This document shows, in pieces, positions 1 to 7,261 of a stretch of 12,554 nt of DNA (within the stretch, counting starts at the first letter, position 1; the number at the start of each line of letters is the position of its first letter). Under the pieces are notes generated by a model. It was not told the origin of the DNA. It saw nothing but the letters and a program-made list of their open reading frames with translations, and made no database searches. A program made the translations under genes and the position numbers. This DNA is from a virus: UHGV virus genome UHGV-0141061, one strand, 5' to 3'.

Positions 1-48
1 TCTACACAGAGTAGATCGTCGGCAGCGTCAGATGTGTATAAGAGACAG
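1..48 (+). other. Illumina Nextera adapter (P5 tail CTACAC, i5 index AGAGTAGA, TCGTCGGCAGCGTC, Tn5 mosaic end AGATGTGTATAAGAGACAG); technical, not biological
   Basis: Read directly: 1-7 tctacac, 8-15 agagtaga, 16-29 tcgtcggcagcgtc, 30-48 agatgtgtataagagacag; its reverse complement is at 12508-12554. Confidence 0.9.
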
Positions 49-567
49 GCATATGGGTACGCATCATTCCTTTTTGGTATGGCTATATGTTTATGCGGAT
101 CATATAAGAATAAGGTTATTGGATATGCAATTCTTATTGCATCACTTTACTTGGCTGGATTTAAATATAATCATTATCTTTACGCATGGTTAAAAGAATT
201 TTCATTATCTATTAACAGCATTGAGAAAATAAATTTATACTTGCTTTTCAATCTATTATCTGGAATTGGAGTGGTATATTCCCTATGTAAGATTGGGGTT
301 ATGTCATGGTTTTCTGAATCAAAAATCATGGTCTTTTTAGGAAAGTTATCATTCTCGGCATACTTAATTCAAATGCCTGTATTTTATTGCTTATCAGGGC
401 CAGTTTATCATGAATCAAGGAAAATCATGAGCGACTCCAGCGCATGTTTATCAGCTGTTTTAATATCAGTGGTGATGCTTTATGCATGTTCTTACATCTT
501 TTATTTGCTCATCGACAGAAAAAGCATCGAGGTTTCCCATAGATTTGCCGCGATCTTTTCAAAGTAA
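49..567 (+). CDS. Acyltransferase family 3 (Oac/OafA-like O-antigen acetyltransferase), C-terminal fragment; 5' end cut by the contig/adapter boundary
   Basis: Frame is open from the adapter junction to TAA 565-567; very hydrophobic multi-pass sequence with an FLGKLSFSAYLIQMPVFY-type segment typical of the C-terminal part of family-3 acyltransferases; AT-rich; sits next to a tailspike as in Sf6-type phages. The track's start at 34 lies inside the adapter. Confidence 0.55.
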   Translation, partial: AYGYASFLFGMAICLCGSYKNKVIGYAILIASLYLAGFKYNHYLYAWLKEFSLSINSIEKINLYLLFNLLSGIGVVYSLCKIGVMSWFSESKIMVFLGKLSFSAYLIQMPVFYCLSGPVYHESRKIMSDSSACLSAVLISVVMLYACSYIFYLLIDRKSIEVSHRFAAIFSK

Positions 568-574
568 AATTAGA

Positions 575-596
575 AGCCATGCGTTAGCGCATGGCT
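575..596. terminator. Candidate bidirectional terminator hairpin between convergent genes
   Basis: Perfect 9-bp inverted repeat AGCCATGCG / CGCATGGCT with a 4-nt loop, between stop codons at 565-567 (+) and 603-605 (-); flanks only moderately T-rich. Confidence 0.4.
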
Positions 597-602
597 TGAC
601 CT

Positions 603-1667
603 TTAGTAAGAGATAGGTATTTCTCCTGTAGAGAAGTTGCCTGCTGCACCTTCCCTGCTGCATAAAGCGAACTTCTTATCAACCACATCCCTTGAGTCTG
701 TAGCAATAATTTCATGGCAAATATTATTTGCAGATCTGTGCACGAATGTATTTACAACAGGCTTACTGGACGATGTTCCTTTGGCCCTCGTTCCGTCTAT
801 AAGGCAATCAGACACCGACATAAGTCCTGAAACTAGGTTATTGCTTGAATCCCAATCTATCAACGACTTATCAAAATACACGCTTCCTAACATATAGGTT
901 GTCCCTCCGGAGTAACCAACAAACCTGCGCAGCACTCCACCTTCCAGCCTAATATAGCTGCGAGACATTCCAGACGTAAAGTTCATGAAAGTTATGTCCA
1001 TATTGCTCTCAAGACCATAAAGGCATGATGCATACTCATTCAGGTATCCAATATAAGCTAAAACCTTACAACCAATTGATTTCGCAGGTGTCAGTTTGAC
1101 TATTGATATTTCTCTGGAAGTTGAATCATGGTAAGAGATGGCCCACTCAAATCTTGCATTTTTACCATTAAAGGTGCTTCCGGAGAAATCTATAACGCCA
1201 GGCATAATGAAATCACGAATAATGCTATTTTGTGTCTTAAAATTATTTTTAAATGAAACAATGTTAAGTGTGACTGCGTCAGGCCAGTAGATATTTGTAG
1301 ATATAATTACATTTTTTGGCAGATTTAATGCTCTTGGCTGAACAGGGCTACCAGTGGAAACAACATTATCACACCTGCATGTGAAGAGATCTACAAGCCC
1401 AGTTTTGTCCGATGATATTCTTACCGAACCCCCTTTGACAATAAAATCCCCCTTATGCTCTCCATAGTCAGTGCGAATCCCAAAGGGACCAATATCTGAG
1501 TTTATAATCTGCGTTGATTCATCAAAAGCGCCAGTACCAAAAGCCGCGCCATTAATTATCCTGCAATTGTCTATCAAAACCTTAGACGATCCATAATGAA
1601 GATTGAAGCTATCAACAGTGCAATCTCTTACCACAGTGTCACGGCTATAATTACCATCAATAGAACG
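603..1667 (-). CDS. Tailspike, distal (receptor-binding, beta-helix-like) portion; same frame as 1668-2849 but separated from it by TGA at 1668-1670
   Basis: Track ORF 603-1634 starts at GTG; the frame is open upstream to the TGA (linking codons RSIDGNYSRDTV); Gly/Ser/Asn/Thr-rich beta-strand-like sequence; AT-rich. Confidence 0.55.
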   Translation of the reverse strand, partial: RSIDGNYSRDTVVRDCTVDSFNLHYGSSKVLIDNCRIINGAAFGTGAFDESTQIINSDIGPFGIRTDYGEHKGDFIVKGGSVRISSDKTGLVDLFTCRCDNVVSTGSPVQPRALNLPKNVIISTNIYWPDAVTLNIVSFKNNFKTQNSIIRDFIMPGVIDFSGSTFNGKNARFEWAISYHDSTSREISIVKLTPAKSIGCKVLAYIGYLNEYASCLYGLESNMDITFMNFTSGMSRSYIRLEGGVLRRFVGYSGGTTYMLGSVYFDKSLIDWDSSNNLVSGLMSVSDCLIDGTRAKGTSSSKPVVNTFVHRSANNICHEIIATDSRDVVDKKFALCSREGAAGNFSTGEIPISY

Positions 1668-2849
1668 TCACCCTTTCCCAACAACAGTGCTAAAAAAAGA
1701 ATGCTTCAGAGTAAACTCTAGAGTCAATGTGTAGCGAGATTCAGAATCAGGTTGTGTCATCCCCGATGAGCACAAATACCAATTAACACCGTATGTATTA
1801 CTACTACCAAAAATTGCAGAGTTGATGGGTATTACGCCTAAGGTATTATCATAATTAACCCTTACATCAACCATAGACCTTTTGATATCAACAGCCGTGC
1901 CAGTAAACGTCCCTGATAACTTAGGCAATACAATGACAGTCCTTCGCACAGGCAGCTTATATAAAGTACAGATAAGTGAAGAGTTGTATGTATTCTTAAA
2001 TGTATACGCTAAATCACTTCCTTTGGTTAGTAGGTTAACTTCACCTTTGTATTTTGGCGTGAAAGTGCTGCCAAGCAATCGGTACAAGTCAATTTCAGTA
2101 CCAGACATCTTAACTAAGGAATTATCCCATCCAGTGGTTGACTCTGTAAATGTTAGCGCGGAAGTTAGCTCGTTTAATGGATATGCTGATGGTGTAAAAT
2201 CTTTAATGTATGTAGATGCGTCTCTCTCATCAGCATAAACAATCTTACCGCCAGCCAGGTTGAACGTGCAATTGCTGAGATCAAAATCTCCGTATAACGT
2301 TGTCTCTTTGTCGATAGTGAAAGTCAGTGGCATAGTTGAGTAGATTTTCACTGGAGTTCCTTTAAACTCAGCAAAAACAGAATTCAACTGATCGCTATTT
2401 CTTTCACCATCAGCAGCAGCTATATCGTATACAGAAAGCCTGACCTCTAACCCCCCTATTATTTTGTAACCGTCTGGCGAACTAATTTCATCCATGAACC
2501 TTTGCTCAAACTGGTCAGGGTCATACTTCAGCACATTCGGAAAATAGAACTGCTGAGAACCGTACGCATCGTATACAGCCATAGAATGGCCTTGCACAGT
2601 TACGAATTTGGCAATCTGTCCGTTATATACAGGATACCCGCCAGCGTTAATGATGATTGGCTGTGCAACAGGAACGTGAGAACCGTCTTCGTTTTCCACA
2701 TAAACCTGAATCTGGTTTTCAGGATTTACCGGGTCAGTGCCAATTTTACCGATATAAATTTTGCCATTGGCTACGGCTTTAAAAGAACGAGCCATAGTGA
2801 AGAGTTGCGAAGGCATGCTTACCACAACATTTGCGGTGATATCTGACAT
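1668..2849 (-). CDS. P22-type tailspike, N-terminal part including the head-binding domain; ends at an in-frame TGA
   Basis: From ATG 2847-2849 (GGAG 7 nt upstream): [78 protein letters not shown], which closely parallels the P22 gp9 head-binding domain as I recall it. The track's start at 2897 is an upstream in-frame extension. Confidence 0.8.
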   Translation of the reverse strand: MSDITANVVVSMPSQLFTMARSFKAVANGKIYIGKIGTDPVNPENQIQVYVENEDGSHVPVAQPIIINAGGYPVYNGQIAKFVTVQGHSMAVYDAYGSQQFYFPNVLKYDPDQFEQRFMDEISSPDGYKIIGGLEVRLSVYDIAAADGERNSDQLNSVFAEFKGTPVKIYSTMPLTFTIDKETTLYGDFDLSNCTFNLAGGKIVYADERDASTYIKDFTPSAYPLNELTSALTFTESTTGWDNSLVKMSGTEIDLYRLLGSTFTPKYKGEVNLLTKGSDLAYTFKNTYNSSLICTLYKLPVRRTVIVLPKLSGTFTGTAVDIKRSMVDVRVNYDNTLGVIPINSAIFGSSNTYGVNWYLCSSGMTQPDSESRYTLTLEFTLKHSFFSTVVGKG

Positions 2850-2937
2850 TTCATTGCTCCAGACGAATGATATGATGCAACCATGATGTGATTGCATACC
2901 GAAATGGTACTATTGAGTATTTATCCAGTAGGTTACG

Positions 2938-3231
2938 ATGCCATTCCACCCAACTGGTGAGGCATCAAGGATGTACAGCAAATACGACGAGGCGCAGTTT
3001 CACTTGAGACTTCCGCATGAACTTCACGCGAAAATTAAACAGCGTGCGAAGATGAATAACAGGTCGCTGAACTCAGAGATAATTGCAGCGATTGAAGAAT
3101 CATTGACTAAACAAAGCTCTGCATCAGTTTACATTGACGATGCAGAGCGTATGGCAGAACAACAATCCGATATGGTAAAGAAAATTGTCTTTGATACGCT
3201 CAAAGAGCTATATAAAAAAGACAGCAGCTAA
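2938..3231 (+). CDS. mnt: Mnt-like ribbon-helix-helix repressor
   Basis: FHLRLPHELHAKIKQRAKMNNRSLNSEIIAAIEESL...DAERMAEQQSDMVKKIVFDTLKELYKK parallels P22 Mnt (FNFRMPMEVREKLKFRAEANGRSMNSELLQIVQDAL...DAERLADEQSELVKKMVFDTLKDLYKK, recalled). An alternative start is ATG 2971. Confidence 0.8.
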   Translation: MPFHPTGEASRMYSKYDEAQFHLRLPHELHAKIKQRAKMNNRSLNSEIIAAIEESLTKQSSASVYIDDAERMAEQQSDMVKKIVFDTLKELYKKDSS

Positions 3232-3238
3232 CTATCAG

Positions 3239-3742
3239 TTACGGAGGATTCCCGATAGGGGGTAAGGGGGTATTTGTATTTATTGTCTTTTGTATATTGT
3301 CTTTTGTGTTTGACTGATTCGGTAAATTGCTTTTTACCGATTTGGTGAAGGTTTGTTTTACCGAATTGGTAAATGTTTTACCGAATCCGTTAACTTTCGT
3401 TTTCCACTCGGAAATGTTTGTATTCATACCAACTTGACGCCCCACCTGAATGAGAACTCCCATTCTGATAAGCTCGTTTTTGGCGGTAGAGCATTTGGTT
3501 GGTGCCATGCCAGTGAGTTCAGCGAACTGTTCGTTTCCGATCCAATCTATTTTTTTGTTGTAACCGTATGTCTTGCGCCACACAGCCATAACAATCAGTA
3601 ACTGATGTAGAGTAAGTCCAGAAAGCATGGCGGCTTCTAACAGTGTGTTTGCAGTCCGAGTGTAGCCATCTTCGAGTTCTGCCACGCGATGCTCCACGAC
3701 CTCCAGTTGAGGCCTGTAATCAGCTAACTTAACGACGCCCAT
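3239..3742 (-). CDS. Replication initiator O-like protein, N-terminal (iteron-binding) domain only; C-terminal domain absent
   Basis: DGYTRTANTLLEA..LTLHQLLIVMAVWRKTYGYNKKIDWIGNEQFAELTGMAPTKCSTAKNELIRMGVLIQ..NISEW parallels the lambda O N-terminal domain (recalled). AGGAG lies upstream of ATG 3740-3742. The ORF ends at TAA 3239-3241 just after the iteron and A+T-rich segment, where lambda O continues for about 130 more codons. Confidence 0.7.
   Translation of the reverse strand: MGVVKLADYRPQLEVVEHRVAELEDGYTRTANTLLEAAMLSGLTLHQLLIVMAVWRKTYGYNKKIDWIGNEQFAELTGMAPTKCSTAKNELIRMGVLIQVGRQVGMNTNISEWKTKVNGFGKTFTNSVKQTFTKSVKSNLPNQSNTKDNIQKTINTNTPLPPIGNPP
3318..3393. repeat. ori-like iteron array inside the O-like gene
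   Basis: Three direct 18-bp repeats TTTTACCGA(T/A)TTGGT(G/A)AA at 3332-3349 and 3356-3373 and TTTTACCGAATCCGTTAA at 3376-3393, plus an inverted partial copy ATTCGGTAAA at 3318-3327; an A+T-rich segment follows at about 3270-3317, arranged as in lambda ori. Confidence 0.5.
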
Positions 3743-3890
3743 GTTTCACTCCTGCTTTGGCTAGTCTGTAAACACCAACAAGGCGCTCTGCGAACGCCCT
3801 GTTATTTGCTGCGGCTACCACTAATCCCTCAGGTGAATCAGGGTGTCGAATCTCTTCTTTTTCCTGGTATTTCTTACGACGTTTTGTCAT
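3729..3890 (-). CDS. Small basic hypothetical protein (53 aa) between cII and O, overlapping the O-like start
   Basis: ATG 3888-3890 with AGGAG 7 nt upstream; MTKRRKKYQEKEEIRHPDSPEGLVVAAANNRAFAERLVGVYRLAKAGVKHGRR; stop TAA 3729-3731 overlaps the O-like start codon in another frame. Below the track's size cut-off; no homolog recognised. Confidence 0.3.
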   Translation of the reverse strand: MTKRRKKYQEKEEIRHPDSPEGLVVAAANNRAFAERLVGVYRLAKAGVKHGRR

Positions 3891-3900
3891 AATTACTCCT

Positions 3901-3976
3901 GTAGATTGATCCAGTAATTCCCTCAGAATTGCATATCAATTTGCTTAAAATCCTCGGTGGCGGCCGGGGATTTTTT
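3901..3976 (+). ncRNA. oop: OOP-like antisense RNA, antisense to the 3' end of cII, with intrinsic terminator
   Basis: gtagattgatccagtaatt..ctcagaa..tcctcggtggcggccgggga+TTTTTT parallels lambda OOP RNA (GUUGAUAGAUCCAGUAAUGACCUCAGAA...CGCUCGGUUGCCGCCGGGCGUUUUUU, recalled); hairpin 3952-3969 followed by a T-tract 3971-3976; a candidate -10 CATAAT is at 3888-3893. Confidence 0.5.
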
Positions 3977-4219
3977 CTTTGTGATTCCATCCAATGCATA
4001 CTTAAAAGCCCTGCTAATCGGACTGATGTCTGATGCCATTCCGAAAGCACACAAGACCGAAGCAATAAACCTCCAGTCCGTTCTGCTTATCTTCGATTCA
4101 TGACAGCCAATCATCTTTGCCAGACCGCGCTGGGTAAGCGTTGACAGGTTGATGAGTAAATCAGTTTCAGCGCGATCAATTTCTCGCTGTGTTGGCTTGC
4201 TATAACTTGCTTGTGTCAT
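3923..4219 (-). CDS. cII: CII-like transcriptional activator
   Basis: C-terminal ..KISRTDW..ITKKKSPAATEDFKQIDMQF parallels lambda CII ..QISRWKRDW..LTNKKRPAATERSEQIQMEF; position downstream of cro. Confidence 0.85.
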   Translation of the reverse strand: MTQASYSKPTQREIDRAETDLLINLSTLTQRGLAKMIGCHESKISRTDWRFIASVLCAFGMASDISPISRAFKYALDGITKKKSPAATEDFKQIDMQF

Positions 4220-4303
4220 TTGTTAATTTTCCAATAGTGAATAGTTAGTTGAAAGGTATGCGTGGAAACGCATATGGCCTTAGTTGGTCAGATATCTTGG
4301 GGC

Positions 4304-4349
4304 TCGCTTTGTCAGCGACGTAGGACGAATGTCCATTGTGAAAAGAGCG
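4304..4349 (-). promoter_or_regulatory. nutR-like site: boxA CGCTCTTTT and P22-type boxB hairpin TCGCTGACAAAGCGA
   Basis: On the - strand just downstream of the cro stop: boxA-like at 4341-4349, boxB stem-loop at 4304-4318 (5-bp stem, GACAA loop). The spacer is about 22 nt, longer than in lambda. Confidence 0.45.
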
Positions 4350-4356
4350 GTGTTAC

Positions 4357-4557
4357 TTATGCAGTTGTTTTTTTGTTACTTGGGAAGGGCTTTATTTCTT
4401 CCGCATAAACGCTTCCATCAGCGTTTATAGTTAAAAAAATCTTTCGGCCTGCATGAATGGCCTTGTTAATCGCGCTTTGATATACGCCGAGATCTTTAGC
4501 CGTCTTGGTTTGCCCAAAGCGTATTGCATAATCTTTCAGGGTTATGCGTTGTTCCAT
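4357..4557 (-). CDS. cro: Cro repressor, near-identical to lambda Cro
   Basis: 66 aa [66 protein letters not shown]; differs from recalled lambda Cro at about 2 residues; AGGAGG precedes the ATG. Confidence 0.95.
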   Translation of the reverse strand: MEQRITLKDYAIRFGQTKTAKDLGVYQSAINKAIHAGRKIFLTINADGSVYAEEIKPFPSNKKTTA

Positions 4558-4581
4558 ACAACCTCCTTAGTACAGGCAACC

Positions 4582-5371
<790 letters not shown>

Positions 5372-5402
5372 TTGTTTTATTTTTCACGTAATAGGATGAT
5401 TT

Positions 5403-5744
5403 ATGACACAATTTCAACTTGCATTAATCGCTAGAGAAGTTGATGGAGAAGTCATCCATCTTCGCACCAAAGACGGATACATCAATGCCACCGCGATGTG
5501 CAAGTCTGCGGGGAAGCTACTTGCTGACTATACACGACTAAAAACAACACAAGATTTTTTTGATGAATTATCACGCGATATGGGGATTCCCATATCGGAG
5601 TTAATTCAATCATTTAAAGGCGGAAGAGCAGAGAATCAAGGGACTTGGGTTCATCCAGACATCGCAATTAATTTAGCTCAGTGGCTATCTCCAAAATTTG
5701 CAGTGCAAGTATCGAGATGGGTGCGTGAGTGGATGTCAGGTTAA
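5403..5744 (+). CDS. KilA-N domain protein (113 aa) immediately downstream of cI, in the position of lambda rexA
   Basis: AGGA 6 nt upstream of ATG 5403; GYINATAMCKSAGK...GTWVHPDIAINLAQWLSPKFAVQVSRWV is the characteristic KilA-N pattern; same strand as cI. Confidence 0.7.
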   Translation: MTQFQLALIAREVDGEVIHLRTKDGYINATAMCKSAGKLLADYTRLKTTQDFFDELSRDMGIPISELIQSFKGGRAENQGTWVHPDIAINLAQWLSPKFAVQVSRWVREWMSG

Positions 5745-5783
5745 AGAGCGCCTGCCGAACTCCCTATCCACCTTAAGCGGTAT

Positions 5784-6162
5784 ATGACAAACCGAGGCAG
5801 AGTTCCTCATACGCACTTTTCTATGCTTAATGAACTGACGTTTAACTTGGTTGCGCCACTTGAACAGGCCGGATATACGCTGCCAGAAAAAATGGTCCCT
5901 GATATTTCAGAGGGTAGGGTTTTCTCGCAATGGCTCCGTGACAACCGGGGGGTTGAGCCGAAGACATTCCCAACATATAACCATGAGTACCCAGATGGCC
6001 GGACATTCCCGGTACGTCTATACCCAAACGAATATTGCAGATTTCAAACAATACTTCAACGAAGTGTGGCTGCCTCAGTACGCTCCTAAATATTTTGCTG
6101 AACGAGACCAAAGGGCATTGACGTTGATTGAGAAAATCATGCTACCTGACCTTGATTCCTAA
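5784..6162 (+). pseudogene. Hypothetical protein with a broken reading frame (+1 shift between two overlapping ORFs 5784-6089 and 5851-6162)
   Basis: Frame 1 ...FPTYNHEYPDGRTFPVRLYPNEY and frame 2 ...NIADFKQYFNEVWLPQYAPKYFAERDQRALTLIEKIMLPDLDS both look protein-like and switch near 6020-6040; frame 1 is also in frame with the upstream KilA-N ORF across TAA 5742-5744; weak ribosome-binding site. Confidence 0.4.
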
Positions 6163-6170
6163 ATGTTATT

Positions 6171-6196
6171 CCCGGCCACAGAGCCGGGTTTTCTTT
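6171..6196 (+). terminator. Intrinsic terminator ending the cI operon
   Basis: CCCGGC-cacaga-GCCGGG stem-loop followed by TTTTCTTT, 8 nt after the stop at 6160-6162. Confidence 0.7.
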
Positions 6197-6348
6197 GCCT
6201 CACGATCCCCCTCACCCAAGAACACATAACCAATTGTATCTATTTGAAAATAAATAGATACAACTCACTAAACATAGCAGTTCAGATCTCTCACCTACCA
6301 AACAATGCACCACTGCAAAAAATAAATTCATATAAAAAACATACAGAT

Positions 6349-6410
6349 AACCATCTGCGGTGATGAATTATCTCTAGCGGTGTTGACATAAATACCACTG
6401 GCGGTGATAC
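6349..6410 (+). promoter_or_regulatory. Lambda-type left operator OL3 (6349-6365), OL2 (6369-6385), OL1 (6393-6409) with PL (-35 TTGACA 6382-6387, -10 GATACT 6405-6410)
   Basis: aaccatctgcggtgatg, tatctctagcggtgttg, taccactggcggtgata and the PL hexamers read directly; near-identical to lambda OL/PL. Confidence 0.9.
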
Positions 6411-6479
6411 TAAACACATCAGCAGGACGCACTACTCACCAGGGCGGTGAATATACAACGATTCAAATATGAATCTACG

Positions 6480-6494
6480 GCGCTGACAAAGCGC
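6480..6494 (+). promoter_or_regulatory. nutL-like boxB hairpin GCGCTGACAAAGCGC (P22 type)
   Basis: Perfect 5-bp stem with GACAA loop about 65 nt downstream of PL; matches the P22 boxB-left sequence as I recall it; no clear boxA upstream. Confidence 0.5.
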
Positions 6495-6557
6495 AATAAC
6501 CAAAGTGAACTTTGGGGTGAATGCAGAAGCTAACCTTCTCGGCGGAGGCGCTTTGCA

Positions 6558-6758
6558 ATGATTACGCTAAGCGAAATGCTTCGCTCATATAAACCAGATG
6601 AACACACTAAGGACGCTATCGACTGGCTGGAAGATGATGACTGTAACTATCAGGAAAAAGCCGCTGAATGGTTCTGGGATGCAATAACCGAAAGAGTTAA
6701 GGCTGAATATGCCTTCGCAATATTCAAACGCAGACACATTTTTGGAGAAGCTGCATGA
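6558..6758 (+). CDS. Small acidic hypothetical protein (66 aa), first gene of the PL operon
   Basis: GGAGG 9 nt upstream of ATG 6558; stop overlaps the next start (ATGA at 6755-6758), implying translational coupling; no homolog recognised. Confidence 0.5.
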   Translation: MITLSEMLRSYKPDEHTKDAIDWLEDDDCNYQEKAAEWFWDAITERVKAEYAFAIFKRRHIFGEAA

Positions 6759-7090
6759 GCAATATCGTTGAATTCGTTAAACAGCAGGAGCAGTTATTCT
6801 GCGGAGCATTGACTGAACAGACGGTGACATGGGCTAAGGAAAGCCAGTTTGCAATTCAGTATTTCCAGAAAAACGATTACCTGGCTAAAACAGCACTGGC
6901 AAATCCAACCAGCGCACAGAACGCCATCATCAATGTTGCGGCGATCGGCATCACCTTAAACCCGGCCAGCAAACTGGCTTATCTGGTTCCTCGCGACGGC
7001 ATGGTGTGCCTTGATATCAGTTACATGGGATTACTTCATCTTGCGCAATCGACAGGATCAATTAAGTGGGGGCAATGCAAACTGGTGTAA
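6755..7090 (+). CDS. RecT/Red-beta-family recombinase, N-terminal fragment (truncated)
   Basis: ..NAIINVAAIGITLNPASKLAYLVPRDGMVCLDISYMGLLHLAQSTGSI.. follows the conserved RecT core pattern (E. coli RecT ..IVQCSQLGLEPGSALGHAYLLPFG..IIGYRGMIDLARRSGQI.., recalled) but stops at 111 aa where full-length proteins have about 270. Confidence 0.5.
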   Translation: MSNIVEFVKQQEQLFCGALTEQTVTWAKESQFAIQYFQKNDYLAKTALANPTSAQNAIINVAAIGITLNPASKLAYLVPRDGMVCLDISYMGLLHLAQSTGSIKWGQCKLV

Positions 7091-7223
7091 AGGGTGTGAG
7101 CACTTTTCAATAGTAGCACCGCAGCAAGATGGGTGATGAAAACAAGTATTTATAACTTAAAGGCATTAAAAAATCGCTTATAGATCAAAAGAAATCTACG
7201 TCAAATATTACTATATTTCAATG

Positions 7224-7232
7224 TGTTATAAT
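7224..7232 (+). promoter_or_regulatory. Candidate extended -10 promoter (TGtTATAAT) for the downstream small ORF
   Basis: TG at 7224-7225 and TATAAT at 7227-7232 inside a very AT-rich segment (7091-7250); no good -35. Confidence 0.3.
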
Positions 7233-7261
7233 TACCCGTCCATAAAATGGGGAGACACAAA

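Noticed and set aside
34-48. Start codon of ORF 34-567 as the true acyltransferase start
   Set aside because: Positions 34-48 are adapter sequence; the gene is 5'-truncated.
1668-1670. TGA in the tailspike as a selenocysteine codon
   Set aside because: No SECIS-like hairpin immediately downstream, and no precedent for selenoproteins among tailspikes; a nonsense mutation or base-call error is more likely.
637-2846. Plus-strand ORFs 637-897, 1882-2238 and 2502-2846 overlapping the tailspike
   Set aside because: Antisense to a gene with clear homology and a good start context; no ribosome-binding sites; typical shadow ORFs.
3318-3393. Iteron repeats as a CRISPR array
   Set aside because: Only three 18-bp repeats with 2-6 bp gaps, inside a coding region, matching ori iteron architecture; no spacers or cas genes.
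3353-3601. Plus-strand ORF inside the O-like gene
   Set aside because: Antisense shadow ORF within a homologous coding region.
3874-4065. Minus-strand ORF overlapping cII in another frame
   Set aside because: Alternative-frame overlap with the CII-like gene; Pro/Arg-rich low-complexity product.
6023-6029. C CCA AAC heptamer as a programmed -1 frameshift site joining ORFs 5784-6089 and 5851-6162
   Set aside because: The downstream ORF is in the +1 frame relative to the upstream one, not -1, so this heptamer cannot join them.
5842-6111. Minus-strand ORF inside the frame-broken gene
   Set aside because: Antisense to protein-like plus-strand frames; no start context.
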